From Pseudomonadota bacterium (GTDB taxonomy: Bacteria; Myxococcota_A; UBA796; JAFGLY01), in NCBI GenBank assembly GCA_043814015.1, contig JBDRKM010000267.1, forward strand, positions 8,773 to 72,772: a DNA stretch of 64,000 bases. Reading direction: 5' to 3'. How positions within the stretch are numbered: position 1 is the first letter of the stretch; every line of letters starts with the position of its first letter. Below the pieces are notes generated by a model that did not search any database, was not told the DNA's origin, and saw nothing but the letters and a program-made list of their open reading frames with translations. The translations under genes and the position numbers were made by a program. Below are positions 9,658-18,998 of this stretch, piece after piece.

Positions 9658-11715
9658 CTACGCCTCCACCCACACTCGCTCCCACACGCCCCCTCCGGCG
9701 CTCACGCTGGCCCAGGTGCCGCCCGCCACCGGGGCGAGGCTGTCGATCCAGGGGGTGCCGGTGCTCGCGCAGGCCGCACCGCTGCCCGGTTCCAGGCGAC
9801 ACACCTCGGCCTCACCCTGCTCTGCCCGCCGCGCCCACCAGAGCGTCCCGTCGGGGCCGAAGGCCGGTGGGACGTGGGGGTAGAGGGTCGCGGAGTCATC
9901 CACCAGGCTCGCCGCGGCCCAGCCCTCCTCGCCGCGCAGCGCCAGGCCCAGGGAGGTCCCCTCCCCCGCGATGGCCAGGAAGGCCAGCGCCAACGCGCCG
10001 TCGCGCCGGCCGAGGGCCGGTGACTCCAGCCGATCGCCGGCCTCCAGGCCCAGGTCCTGCGCGCGCAGGCTCAGCTCGGCCTCCCACATCGGCTCCCCTC
10101 CCGCGGCCCAGGTCACACGCTGGACCTCGAGGTGCCGCGTGGAGCGGCAGGTCTCGATGCTGTCGCCCGCGCCCCAGGCCATGAGCGCGTCCGAGCCATC
10201 CAGCAGCAGCGCCGGGTGCAGGGGACCGTAGCTGTGGGCCGAGGTGTGCTCGGGCATGTCCCAGCCCTCCCCCGGGGTCCAGCGCACGAGCCGGACCTCG
10301 CCGTCGTCCGCGATGGTCCGACCGTTGTCCTCCTCCGGGTAGATGTCGGCGAAGGCGGCCCAGAGGCGATCTTCGCCATCCACCGCCAGGGCTGGCTCCA
10401 CGTGCCCGCTCACCACCGACTCCGGGAAGCCCAGGTCCTCGCCGCTGTCCAGGCGCAGGCAGCGCAGGCTCCAGCCCCAGGTTGGCTCGGGGCCGCCCAC
10501 CGAGACCTGGCGCCAGCAGGCGAAAGCGGCCCCCTCCCCCACGGCCACCCGGGGTTCCTCCAGCATCAGGGCGTCGGGGTCCGAGAAGACCTCCCCGTCC
10601 ACCACCACCTCGGTGCGCGGCTGCCAGCCGCCGGTGGGCTGCTCCCAGGCCACGAGGGCGCCGGCTGCGGACAGGCGGCGCGGGCCGGTCGGCTGGGCGG
10701 GCGCTATGTCCCCCACCAGGAAGTCGTCCATCACCCGCCCGCTGGCGTAGGGCATCTCCAGCCCCATGAGCCAGGCCGCGGTGGCCATGGCGTCCTCCCA
10801 GACGTGGGGCGTGTTGACGATGGCGCCGCGATGGACGCCGGGACCGAGCAGCAAGAGCGGCACGCTGCGGCAGCCGGAGCAGGCGCAGCCGTGGTCCTGC
10901 CAGGGGGTCTGGGAAGGCCAGAAGCGGTGCCGCCCGTGGTCGGTGGTCACGATCATCAGGGTGCGGTCGGCCAGGCCGCTCTCCTCGGACTGGATCCAGT
11001 CCCAGGCCTCCACCAGGGGGGTGTCCGTCAGGGCCACGGTGTCCGCGTAGCGCCAGGGGTCATCGTGGCCCACGCGGTCGATGTGGTGCAGGTTGGCCAG
11101 CACCAGGCGCGCGCCCTGCGCCAGGTGCGCGCGGGCCGCCCGGAGCACGGCGGCGTCGGACTCGCCCGAGACCGTCGGATCGTCCGGATCGGTGATCCAG
11201 TCCCAGGTGGCGGCCACAGGGTCGCCGAAGCCCGGGGCGATGGAGCGGTCGAGCTGGGCCAGCAGGCTGGTGTTGCCCAGGAGAACCGCCGCCTCGGGGC
11301 CCATTCCCTCCTGCGTGCGCAACAATTCGAAGGCGGTGGGGAGGTCCGGGCGGTACCGCTCGGGGCCGTCCGGGAAGGGCAGGTTCAGGTAGGGGCGCCG
11401 GGCAGCCATCAAGAGAGCGGCGTGGGCCGGCACGGTGACCGTGGGGCCCACCTGGAAGGCCGGGACGACCAGCGTGCCCGCGGGCTGCAGCCGCGCCCGC
11501 GTCAGGGGCAGGATGCCGGCGGTGGGGCCCTGGAAGGCGTCGGACCAGCCCAGCCCCCAGCCCGTGGGCAGGCCCAGGGACTCCTCCTCCCGCGCGCCGT
11601 CGAGCACCACGATGAGCACCCGCTCCGCGATCCCGGGCATCGCGGGCTGGGCGGTGTCGCCGGCCGGGGCGCAGGCGGCGAGGATCAGGCCGAGGGCTGG
11701 GAGGAGGCGGGGCAC
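9658..11715 (-). CDS. Alkaline-phosphatase-superfamily (phosphodiesterase/sulfatase-like) lipoprotein with a C-terminal beta-rich domain
   Basis: MPRLLPALGLILAAC is a lipobox. VLIVVLDGAREEES, ANLHHIDRVGHDD and IVTTDHGRH are metal-site-like motifs typical of the AP superfamily. The start lies 7 nt after the upstream DUF2062 gene. Confidence 0.7.
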   Translation of the reverse strand: MPRLLPALGLILAACAPAGDTAQPAMPGIAERVLIVVLDGAREEESLGLPTGWGLGWSDAFQGPTAGILPLTRARLQPAGTLVVPAFQVGPTVTVPAHAALLMAARRPYLNLPFPDGPERYRPDLPTAFELLRTQEGMGPEAAVLLGNTSLLAQLDRSIAPGFGDPVAATWDWITDPDDPTVSGESDAAVLRAARAHLAQGARLVLANLHHIDRVGHDDPWRYADTVALTDTPLVEAWDWIQSEESGLADRTLMIVTTDHGRHRFWPSQTPWQDHGCACSGCRSVPLLLLGPGVHRGAIVNTPHVWEDAMATAAWLMGLEMPYASGRVMDDFLVGDIAPAQPTGPRRLSAAGALVAWEQPTGGWQPRTEVVVDGEVFSDPDALMLEEPRVAVGEGAAFACWRQVSVGGPEPTWGWSLRCLRLDSGEDLGFPESVVSGHVEPALAVDGEDRLWAAFADIYPEEDNGRTIADDGEVRLVRWTPGEGWDMPEHTSAHSYGPLHPALLLDGSDALMAWGAGDSIETCRSTRHLEVQRVTWAAGGEPMWEAELSLRAQDLGLEAGDRLESPALGRRDGALALAFLAIAGEGTSLGLALRGEEGWAAASLVDDSATLYPHVPPAFGPDGTLWWARRAEQGEAEVCRLEPGSGAACASTGTPWIDSLAPVAGGTWASVSAGGGVWERVWVEA

Positions 11716-11722
11716 GCGCCCA

Positions 11723-12190
11723 TCATACCCCTTCTTGGTGGGCCCCCCGCCGCTGGAACCGGCGCGCCGCCAGCCACACCACGGGGCCGAAGAGGGCCGC
11801 GAGCACGAGCCCGATCAGGGCGTCCCCCAGCATGCAGGAGGCGAACAGGTCCGGCAGCCGCCCGGAGAAGATGGAGAGCTTGGCGGCGAAGTCGCGCCCC
11901 TGCTCCAGATCGAGCGGGCGCCAGGCGCCGAACCTGAGCCACTCGCCGATGGCGATGCCCCCCGCCACCAGAGGCGGGATGAGGAGGGGATTCGAGATGT
12001 TGGCGAACAGATAGACCGTGGCTTTGTTGAGCCGGAGCAGCCAGGCCAGGGCGATGCAGATGCCCAGGTGCAGCCCGTAGAGCGGCAGCGCGCCCACGAA
12101 CAGGCCGAGGGCCGCCGCGAAACCCAGCTCCCGGGGCGAGCTGTGCTCGTCCTTGAGGAGGTGCCAGATCTTGCGGAGAGCCTTGCGCAC
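11723..12190 (-). CDS. DUF2062-family small membrane protein
   Basis: 155 aa. SPRELGFAAALGLFVGALPLYGLHLGICIALAWLLRLNKATVYLFANISNPLLIPP matches the DUF2062 pattern as I recall it. It has 3-4 hydrophobic helices. Confidence 0.7.
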   Translation of the reverse strand: MRKALRKIWHLLKDEHSSPRELGFAAALGLFVGALPLYGLHLGICIALAWLLRLNKATVYLFANISNPLLIPPLVAGGIAIGEWLRFGAWRPLDLEQGRDFAAKLSIFSGRLPDLFASCMLGDALIGLVLAALFGPVVWLAARRFQRRGAHQEGV

Positions 12191-12318
12191 GGGATGCCCC
12201 AGGGGTCGCGCGTGCTATCCGGGGATCGCCCGGGAGGCACGTCTCGCCAGGACCCTCGGCCCCCATCGGCCCTCCAGGCCCTGGCGCGTTAGAGCCGTGG
12301 CTTCCGCAGGAGGCCGCA

Positions 12319-13545
12319 TTGGAGCGCGTCGTCATCACCGGAATGGGGCTGGTCTCATGCCTCGGCCGCGATCTGGCCGAGGTCGGCGAAGCGTTGCGCA
12401 CGGGGACTCCCGGGCTCGTGCGCGATCCCGAGCGGGCCAGGCTCGGCTACGGCGTCCCCCTCACGGGCGCCCTGAAGGACTTCGATCCCAGGCGCTGGAT
12501 CTCGCGCAAGGAGCGCCGCGCCATGGGTGAGCCGGCCCTGTACGCGGCCGCCGCCGCGCTGCAGGCCGTGGAGGGGGCCGGGCTCGCGCGCGATGCCCTG
12601 CGGGGCCCCGACTTCGGCGTCATCCTGGGCAACGACTCCTGCTGCGGCGCCGGCTACGAGACCGCGGCGCGCACCCTGGCAGAGGGCGGCACCCGGGGCC
12701 TGGGATCCTCGGCCGTGGTGGAGTGCATGAACTCCTCGCCGAGCATCAACCTCTCCGTGCTGCTCGGCACCCAGGGCGCCGCGTGGACGGTCTCTGGCGC
12801 CTGCGCCTCGGGCGCCCACGCCATCGGCCAGGCCTGGAACCTGGTGGCCACCGGCCAGCAGCTGGCCGTGGTCTGTGGCGGCACCCAGGAGCTGCACTGG
12901 GCGGGCATGGCGGGCTTCGACGCCCTGGGCACCTTCGCCACCTGGGAGGGCGATCCGGCCGAGGCCGTGCGGCCCTTCTCCCGCGACCGCACCGGGCTCG
13001 TTCCCTCCGGCGGCGGCGCGGCCCTGGTGGTGGAGAGCCTGGCCCACGCCCGGCGGCGGGGGGCCCCCATCCTGGCGGAGATCCTCTCCTATGCCTTCTC
13101 CTCGGATGGCAGCCACGTCACCTCCCCCTCCGGGCACGGCGCCGCGCGCTGCATCCGCGCGGCCCTGGCGCGCGCCAACGTCCACCCCGGCGAGATCGAG
13201 TACGTCAACGCGCACGCCGCCGGCACCGTCGTGGGCGACGAGGTGGAGGCCCGCGCCATCCTGGAGGTCTTCGGCGAGAGATGCCCGCCGGTCTCCTCCA
13301 CCAAGGCGCTGTCCGGCCACGAGTGCTGGATGGCGGGCGCCTCCGAGGTGGTCTACACCCTGCTCATGTGCCAGGGGGGCTTCCTCGCGCCCAACCGGAA
13401 CTTCACCGCCCACGATCCAGGCCTCGAGGCCCTGGACGTCGTCACCACCACCCGCGTAAAGCGCGCCCGGTTGGTCCTGTCCAACTCCTTCGGGTTCGGC
13501 GGCACCAACGCCGTGCTCGTCCTGCGCGCCGAGGAGCCCACGTGA
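12319..13545 (+). CDS. Beta-ketoacyl-ACP synthase (KAS I/II type, complete Cys-His-His triad)
   Basis: TTG start preceded by AGGAGG (12308-12313). The protein begins (M)ERVVITGMGLVSCLG. Catalytic motifs are GACASGAHAIG (Cys), YVNAHAAGT (His) and SSTKALSGHECWMAG (His). The C-terminus reads SNSFGFGGTNAVLVL. Confidence 0.9.
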   Translation: MERVVITGMGLVSCLGRDLAEVGEALRTGTPGLVRDPERARLGYGVPLTGALKDFDPRRWISRKERRAMGEPALYAAAAALQAVEGAGLARDALRGPDFGVILGNDSCCGAGYETAARTLAEGGTRGLGSSAVVECMNSSPSINLSVLLGTQGAAWTVSGACASGAHAIGQAWNLVATGQQLAVVCGGTQELHWAGMAGFDALGTFATWEGDPAEAVRPFSRDRTGLVPSGGGAALVVESLAHARRRGAPILAEILSYAFSSDGSHVTSPSGHGAARCIRAALARANVHPGEIEYVNAHAAGTVVGDEVEARAILEVFGERCPPVSSTKALSGHECWMAGASEVVYTLLMCQGGFLAPNRNFTAHDPGLEALDVVTTTRVKRARLVLSNSFGFGGTNAVLVLRAEEPT

Positions 13546-13988
13546 GCGAGCCCTACCCCTCCGTCCAGGACATCATCCCCCACCGCGGGCGCTTCCTGCT
13601 GGTCGAGCGCATCGTGCGCATGGAGCCGGGCGAGATCGAGGCCATCGGCCGCTTCTCGCCGGAGGACGTGGAGGGTCACTTCCCCGGCCAGCCCGTGGTC
13701 CCCGGGGTGCTCTTGCTGGAGGGCCTGGCCCAGACCATGCTCTGCCTGCACCTCTCCCAGCCCGGCACCGAGCACGGCACGCCCTACCTCACGGGGTTCG
13801 AGAAGGTGCGCTTCCGCGCCCCGGTGCTGCCGCCAGCCGAGGTGGTCTACCGGGTCAACATCACGGAGCTGCGCTTCGGCCTGGTCCAGGCCTCGGGCGT
13901 GGTGCTGTGCGACGGCAAGCGGGTCTGCAACGCCAAGCTCTCGGGGGTCATCCTGCCCACCCAGGGCAACCCTCCGGGCGAGGCCTGA
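13542..13988 (+). CDS. FabZ/FabA-like 3-hydroxyacyl-ACP dehydratase (hotdog fold)
   Basis: The GTG start overlaps the KAS stop (GTGA at 13542-13545). IIPHRGRFLLVERI...HFPGQPVVPGVLLLEGLAQ is the FabZ signature. 148 aa. Confidence 0.85.
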   Translation: MSEPYPSVQDIIPHRGRFLLVERIVRMEPGEIEAIGRFSPEDVEGHFPGQPVVPGVLLLEGLAQTMLCLHLSQPGTEHGTPYLTGFEKVRFRAPVLPPAEVVYRVNITELRFGLVQASGVVLCDGKRVCNAKLSGVILPTQGNPPGEA

Positions 13989-15493
13989 TGCCCGAGCGCC
14001 CCACCGCCATCGTCATCGGGGCCGGCATGTCCGGCCTGGTCTCCGCGATCCTGCTGGCCATGCACGGCTGGCGGGTGCGGGTCTTCGAGCGCCACATCAA
14101 GCCCGGCGGGCTGCTGCATCGCTTCTCGCGGGCGGGGGTGCCCTTCGAGACCGGCTTCCACTACTGCGGCAGCATCGACCACGACGAGATCCTCGGGCGC
14201 GCCCTGGCCCACCTGGGCGTGCTGGACCGCCTGGCCTGGGTGCCGCTCGACCACGACGGCTTCGACCGCATCGTCATGCCCGGCATGAGCTTCCGGGTGC
14301 CCGCGGGGCTGGAGGCCTACCGCGCGCGCCTGGTGGAGGCCTTCCCCCACGAGCGGGTCGGCATCGACGGCTACCTGGCCGATCTGTGTGAGGCGGTCGA
14401 GCACTACGGCCTGTACCGCTTCCGGGACATCATCGACACGCGGCAATTCCTCCACTGGGAGGGCGTCTCCGTGGACGCGGTCGTCGAGCGCCACGTGCGC
14501 GACCCGCTCCTGCGCGGCGTGCTGACCGCCCAGTCCTCGCTCTACGGGGTCTCCACCCACGAAGCCCCCTTCGGGCTGCACGCCGTCATCACCCACCACT
14601 TCCTGCAGGGCCCCTGGCGCGTGCGCGGGGGCGGCGATGCCCTGGCCGGCGCCCTGGTGGCCCGGCTGGAAGAGCTGGGGGGCGAGGTCCACCTGCGAGC
14701 GCCCGTCGCCCGGCTGGTGGTGGACGAGGATCGCCGCGTCCAGGGCGTAGAGCTCGAGTCCGGCGAGCGCCACGCGGCCAGCCTGGTCTTCTCCAGCCTG
14801 CACCCGCGCGCCCTGCTCGATCTCATCCCCGATGAGGGCGTGGTCCGCAAGGCCTACCGCACCCGCATCCTCGACCAGCGCACCGGGCTCTCCCACTTCG
14901 GGGTCTACGCCGAGCTGGCCGCGCCTGTCCCGGCGCTGGACGGCTGCAACCTCTACCGCATGTCCGAGGCCAACCCGCGCTGCATCCTGCAGGACATCGA
15001 ACCAGACCACGTGCCCTTCTACTTCGCGGCCAGCCCGCCCCCGACGGCAGGCGCCGACGGCCACCCGCAGCACACCCTGCTGCTCACCGCGGCCCTGCGC
15101 TGGGAGAACGTGGCGCCCTGGGCCGCCAGCCGCTGGGGCCAGCGCCCCCAGGCCTACCTGGACCTCAAGGCCACCCTGCGCGACACCCTGCTGGAGGCCT
15201 TCTTCGCCGACCACCCCGAAGTCCGCCCGCTCGTGCGGCGGGTGGAGACCTCCACCGCCCTGTCCACCTGGCACTTCGTGCGCTCGCCGCAGGGTGCCAT
15301 GTACGGGCACTACCACAGCATCCCCCAGATGGGGCGCTACCGGCTGCCCCAGATCATCCGCATCCACAACCTCGTGCAGGTGGGCCAGGGCGTGTTCACC
15401 CCGGGCATCCTCGGGGCCACCCTCTCGGCCTACTACGGCTGCGGCTACCACCTGGGCCTGGCCCGGCTGGTGGCCGAGCTGGAGGCCACATGA
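13988..15493 (+). CDS. NAD(P)/FAD-dependent oxidoreductase, CrtI/phytoene-desaturase family
   Basis: The ATG overlaps the dehydratase stop (TGATG at 13986-13990). AIVIGAGMSGLVSAILLAMHGWRVRVFERHIKPGGL is the dinucleotide-binding GxGxxG...E...GG motif. Length about 500 aa. Confidence 0.8.
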   Translation: MPERPTAIVIGAGMSGLVSAILLAMHGWRVRVFERHIKPGGLLHRFSRAGVPFETGFHYCGSIDHDEILGRALAHLGVLDRLAWVPLDHDGFDRIVMPGMSFRVPAGLEAYRARLVEAFPHERVGIDGYLADLCEAVEHYGLYRFRDIIDTRQFLHWEGVSVDAVVERHVRDPLLRGVLTAQSSLYGVSTHEAPFGLHAVITHHFLQGPWRVRGGGDALAGALVARLEELGGEVHLRAPVARLVVDEDRRVQGVELESGERHAASLVFSSLHPRALLDLIPDEGVVRKAYRTRILDQRTGLSHFGVYAELAAPVPALDGCNLYRMSEANPRCILQDIEPDHVPFYFAASPPPTAGADGHPQHTLLLTAALRWENVAPWAASRWGQRPQAYLDLKATLRDTLLEAFFADHPEVRPLVRRVETSTALSTWHFVRSPQGAMYGHYHSIPQMGRYRLPQIIRIHNLVQVGQGVFTPGILGATLSAYYGCGYHLGLARLVAELEAT

Positions 15494-16713
15494 ACCGCGT
15501 CGTGATCACCGGAGTCGGGCTCTGCAGCGCCCTGGGCAACACGCCAGGGGCCCTGTTCGACGCCCTCTTGGCCGGCCGCTCCGCGGTCCGCGCCTTCCCC
15601 GAGTGGCAGAGCATCGCCGAGCTGCAATGCCTGGTGGGTGCGCCCCTGGAGGGCTTCGACCCCAAGGCCATCCCCCGCAAGCACCGCCGCAGCATGGGCA
15701 AGGTGGCCATGCTGGCGGTCAGCGCCGCGGTGGACGCCGTGGCCATGGCCGGGCTGCCCGAAGCCGCGCTGACGGGCGGGCGGGTGGGCGCCGCCATCGG
15801 CTCCACCATGGGCTCCAACCAGGCCGAGGAGGAGTTCTGGCGCCACTTCGTGGAGAACCAGACCGCCCACGGCCTGTCCGCCACCCACTTCCTCAAGGTG
15901 ATGTCCCACACCTGCGCCACCAACGTGGCCATGTTCTTCGGGCTGACGGGCGAGGCCATCGCCACCAACGCGGCCTGCGCCTCCTCCAACCGAGCGCTGG
16001 GCGCCTCGCTGGACCGCCTGCGCTCGGGCCGGGCGGACGTCATGCTGGCTGGCGGGGCCGACGAGCTGCATGTGGCCGCGGCGCTCACCTTCGACGTCAT
16101 GGGCGGCGGCACCCGCGCCTTCACCGCCACGCCGACGCTCACCCCACGGCCCTTCGACGCGCGCCGCGACGGCATCGTGGTGGGCGAGGGCGCCGGGGTG
16201 CTGGTGTTGGAGACCCGCGCGCACGCCGAGGCCCGCGGCGCCACCATCCTGGGCGAGGTGCTCGGCTACGGCGGCGCGTCGGACGCCGTGAACATGGCCC
16301 ACCCCGCGGCCGACGGCATGGAGACCTCGGTGCGCCTGGCCCTGGCCGACGCCGGGCTCCAGGCCAGCGAGATCGACTACGTCAACGCCCACGCCACCGG
16401 CACCCCCATCGGGGATGCGGCCGAGGCCGAGGCCCTGCACCGCATCTTCGGCGAGCACGTGCCGGTCAGCTCCATCAAGGGCCACCTGGGGCACACGCTG
16501 GGCGCCTGCGGCGCGCTGGAGGCCATCGTCTGCCTCGAGGCCATGAGACGCGGGATCGTGCCGCCCACCCGCAACCTGGAGGAGCCGGATGTCGCGCCCA
16601 TCCTGCTGCCGACGGCGCCGTTGGCGCATCCGGTGAGGCACGCGGTGTCCACGAACTTCGCGTTCGGGGGGGTCAACACCGCGGTGGTGCTGGGCGCGCC
16701 CCCAGCACCCTGA
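15490..16713 (+). CDS. Beta-ketoacyl-ACP synthase II-like (complete Cys-His-His triad)
   Basis: ATGA overlap with the upstream gene. The protein begins MNRVVITGVGLCSALG. Catalytic motifs are NAACASSNRALG (Cys), YVNAHATGT (His) and SSIKGHLGHTLGACG (His). The C-terminus reads NFAFGGVNTAVVL. Confidence 0.9.
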   Translation: MNRVVITGVGLCSALGNTPGALFDALLAGRSAVRAFPEWQSIAELQCLVGAPLEGFDPKAIPRKHRRSMGKVAMLAVSAAVDAVAMAGLPEAALTGGRVGAAIGSTMGSNQAEEEFWRHFVENQTAHGLSATHFLKVMSHTCATNVAMFFGLTGEAIATNAACASSNRALGASLDRLRSGRADVMLAGGADELHVAAALTFDVMGGGTRAFTATPTLTPRPFDARRDGIVVGEGAGVLVLETRAHAEARGATILGEVLGYGGASDAVNMAHPAADGMETSVRLALADAGLQASEIDYVNAHATGTPIGDAAEAEALHRIFGEHVPVSSIKGHLGHTLGACGALEAIVCLEAMRRGIVPPTRNLEEPDVAPILLPTAPLAHPVRHAVSTNFAFGGVNTAVVLGAPPAP

Positions 16714-18223
16714 CGGCTCCGAGCACGGCCAGGGCGCCCACCAGGGCGGAAATCACCGCCGGCACCCCGAACCCGGCCGGCAGGTAGCCCAAGAGCAGCG
16801 CCAGCGTGGCGGCCAGCAGGGCGTAGGGGAGCTGAGTGCGGACGTGCTCCACCAGCGGGCAGCCGCTGGCCGAGGCAGAGAGCACCGTGGTGTCGGAGAT
16901 GGGGCTGGCGTGATCGCCGAAGCAGGATCCGTCGAGCACGGCGGCCACAGCGGCGAGGGCCACGGGCGCGGCGCCCCCGCCGGCGGTGACGGCCAGCGGC
17001 ACCACCACGGGCAGCAGGATGGCCATGGTGCCGAACGAGGTGCCGGTGGCGAACGAGCAACCGGCGGCCACCAGGAAGACGGCGGCGGGCAGCAGCACCG
17101 GCGGCAGCCAGGCGCCCACGGTGCCGGTGATGTAGCTGGCCGCGCCGAGCGCGGTGAGGCCGGCGCCGAGGGTCCAGGCCAGGATCAGCACGATCAAGGT
17201 GGGAAAGAGGCCGCCCATGCCCTCCTCCACGGCGGGCACCAGGGCGGCGGGCCTCAAGGCGCGGGTGGCCAGGGCCAGGCCCGAGGCCAGCAGGAGGGTG
17301 GCCAGAGAGACCACCGCCATGGCGCGGAAGCCGTCGGCGACATCGAGCACGGCGCCGAGAGAGGGCGTGCCGCCCGCAGCCAGGACCTCGGCGCGCCCCT
17401 CCAGCAGCATGAAGCCCAGGGTGCCGAGCACGAGGGTGGCCAGGGAGAGCAGCGCGATCCAGGCGGGGCCGGCGCCGTGCGGCGTGGCAGGAACCGGCTC
17501 CCGCGCGGCGAGGGCGCGGGCGTTGGCCTCCACCCGGCGCATGGGGCCCCAGTCACGGCCCGTGGCGGCCACGGTGCCCACCAGCACGATGGTGAGGATG
17601 CCGTAGGCCCGGTACGGCAGGGCCTGGAGGAAGAACCCGTAGCCCGAGAGGCCCTGCCCGGCGGGGGCGGCGGCCAGGCCGTCGCCGATGAGGCCCACCT
17701 CGTAGCCGATCCAGGTGGAGACCAGGGCCAGCGACGCGATGGGCGCGGCGGTGGAGTCCACGATCCAGGCCAACTTGGCGCGGCTCATGCCCACCCGGTC
17801 GGCCACGGGGCGGAACGCGTGACCCAACACCAGGCAGTTGGCGTAGTCGTCGAAGAACAGCAGCAGCCCGCCCACCCAGGCGGCCACGGCCGCGGAGCGT
17901 GGGCCGCGGGCGCGGCGGGTCACCAGGCCCACCAGGGAGGCGGTGGCCCCGGCCCTCGAGAGCACGCCCACCATGCCGGCGATGCACAGGCTGAAGAGCA
18001 CGATCTTGACGTGGTCGGCGTCGTTCAGCGCGCCCACCAGCCAGGAGTCCGCCAGGCTCGCCAGGCCGTCGATGGGGTGCCCGCCGGCCAGCATGACGGC
18101 GGCGACCAGGCAGCCCAGCAGCAGGGAGGGGACCACCTGGCGCGTGAGCAGGGCCAGGCCGATGGCCAGCAGGGCCGGGAGCAGGCTCCAGGCCGTGCCG
18201 GCGCCGAGGGGAACCGGGGTCAC
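16673..18223 (-). CDS. nhaC: Na+/H+ antiporter, NhaC family
   Basis: 516 aa and polytopic. The LLLFFDDYANCLVLG and AWIVDSTAAPIASL motifs are typical of the NhaC family. GTG start in a GTGA overlap with the upstream small gene. The 3' end overlaps the convergent KAS gene by 41 nt. Confidence 0.8.
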   Translation of the reverse strand: MTPVPLGAGTAWSLLPALLAIGLALLTRQVVPSLLLGCLVAAVMLAGGHPIDGLASLADSWLVGALNDADHVKIVLFSLCIAGMVGVLSRAGATASLVGLVTRRARGPRSAAVAAWVGGLLLFFDDYANCLVLGHAFRPVADRVGMSRAKLAWIVDSTAAPIASLALVSTWIGYEVGLIGDGLAAAPAGQGLSGYGFFLQALPYRAYGILTIVLVGTVAATGRDWGPMRRVEANARALAAREPVPATPHGAGPAWIALLSLATLVLGTLGFMLLEGRAEVLAAGGTPSLGAVLDVADGFRAMAVVSLATLLLASGLALATRALRPAALVPAVEEGMGGLFPTLIVLILAWTLGAGLTALGAASYITGTVGAWLPPVLLPAAVFLVAAGCSFATGTSFGTMAILLPVVVPLAVTAGGGAAPVALAAVAAVLDGSCFGDHASPISDTTVLSASASGCPLVEHVRTQLPYALLAATLALLLGYLPAGFGVPAVISALVGALAVLGAVRVLGARPAPPRC

Positions 18224-18645
18224 TGCTCCGCGGGCTCCGGCTGCTCCGGGCGGGGCATGTCGCCGCCGAGCCGCTCCTCCTGGGGTGGACGTACGACGGC
18301 GGGGACCTCAGGTGGGACCGGCGGGATCGGCTCGGTGGCCGGCGGGGCCGGCTCGCGCGGCGTGCCCGGGGTCCGCGGCAGGTCGGGATCGGGCGCCACC
18401 TCCGGGATGGTGCCCGGCGCGGGTTCGGAGCCCTGCGGCTGCTCGGGCTCGACCCGCGGGGCCTCGCCCGGGGTGGGCACCGGCTCGACCTGCACGGGAT
18501 CGCCGGGGGTGCGGCACCCGCTGCTGCCGAAGGTGGCGGCACCGAGGGCCAGGCCGCCCGCGGCGAGCAGGCCCAGGGCCCAGGGCGAGCACACCAGGTC
18601 GGGGTAGGTGGGGGTGGGGGCGCGGAGGACCGGGACGCGGCGCAT
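18220..18645 (-). CDS. Proline-rich putative lipoprotein
   Basis: Hydrophobic segment ending in FGSSGC (lipobox-like), then a Pro/Glu-rich tail. The stop overlaps the nhaC start, which argues that it is translated. There is no family-level recognition. Confidence 0.5.
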   Translation of the reverse strand: MRRVPVLRAPTPTYPDLVCSPWALGLLAAGGLALGAATFGSSGCRTPGDPVQVEPVPTPGEAPRVEPEQPQGSEPAPGTIPEVAPDPDLPRTPGTPREPAPPATEPIPPVPPEVPAVVRPPQEERLGGDMPRPEQPEPAEQ

Positions 18646-18754
18646 GGGGGGCTCCAGGCTCGGGGTTCGGAGAGCGTATCGCGGGCGGGGCGCCGAGGGT
18701 CAGCCCTCCAGGTCTCCTGCATCGCGGAAGCCGAGGCAGGACACAGCGACACGC

Positions 18755-18988
18755 GCGGTCAAAACTCCGCCAGTGGTGCGCCACTGACCCCGATCTGGCC
18801 GCAGAAACCCCGAAAAGCGGTCAAAACTCCGCCAGTGGTGCGCCACTGACCCAGATCTGGCCGCGAAAACCCCGAAAAGCGGTCAAAACTCCGCCAGTGG
18901 TGCGCCACTGACCCCGATCTGGCCGCAGAAACCCCGAAAAGCGGTCAAAACTCCGCCAGTGGTGCGCCACTGACCCAGATCTGGCCGC
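18755..18988. repeat. Intergenic tandem repeat: 62-bp unit x about 3.8, organised as (A-B)x2, each unit with a perfect 6-bp/4-nt-loop palindrome
   Basis: Units start at 18755, 18817, 18879 and 18941 (gcggtcaaaactccgccagtggtgcgccactgaccc...). Units 1 and 3 are identical, as are units 2 and 4. A and B differ at 3 positions. The palindrome is cagtgg-tgcg-ccactg (for example 18771-18786). Confidence 0.95.
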
Positions 18989-18998
18989 CCGCGGCCGT

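Noticed and set aside
13847-15451. 534-aa minus-strand ORF
   Set aside because: It is antisense to the CrtI-family oxidoreductase, which has a clear GxGxxG N-terminus and is coupled to both neighbours.
16673-16713. 41-nt convergent overlap of the KAS and nhaC 3' ends (and a 58-nt overlap of trmH and the EEP gene at 39497-39554) as a sign of mis-annotation
   Set aside because: Both partners in each pair have strong family motifs up to their C-termini. Short convergent overlaps are common in compact high-GC genomes. They are noted but not treated as anomalies.
18755-18988. Possible CRISPR array
   Set aside because: The units are contiguous with no unique spacers. The period is 62 bp, whole-unit identity alternates A-B-A-B, and there are no cas genes in the window.
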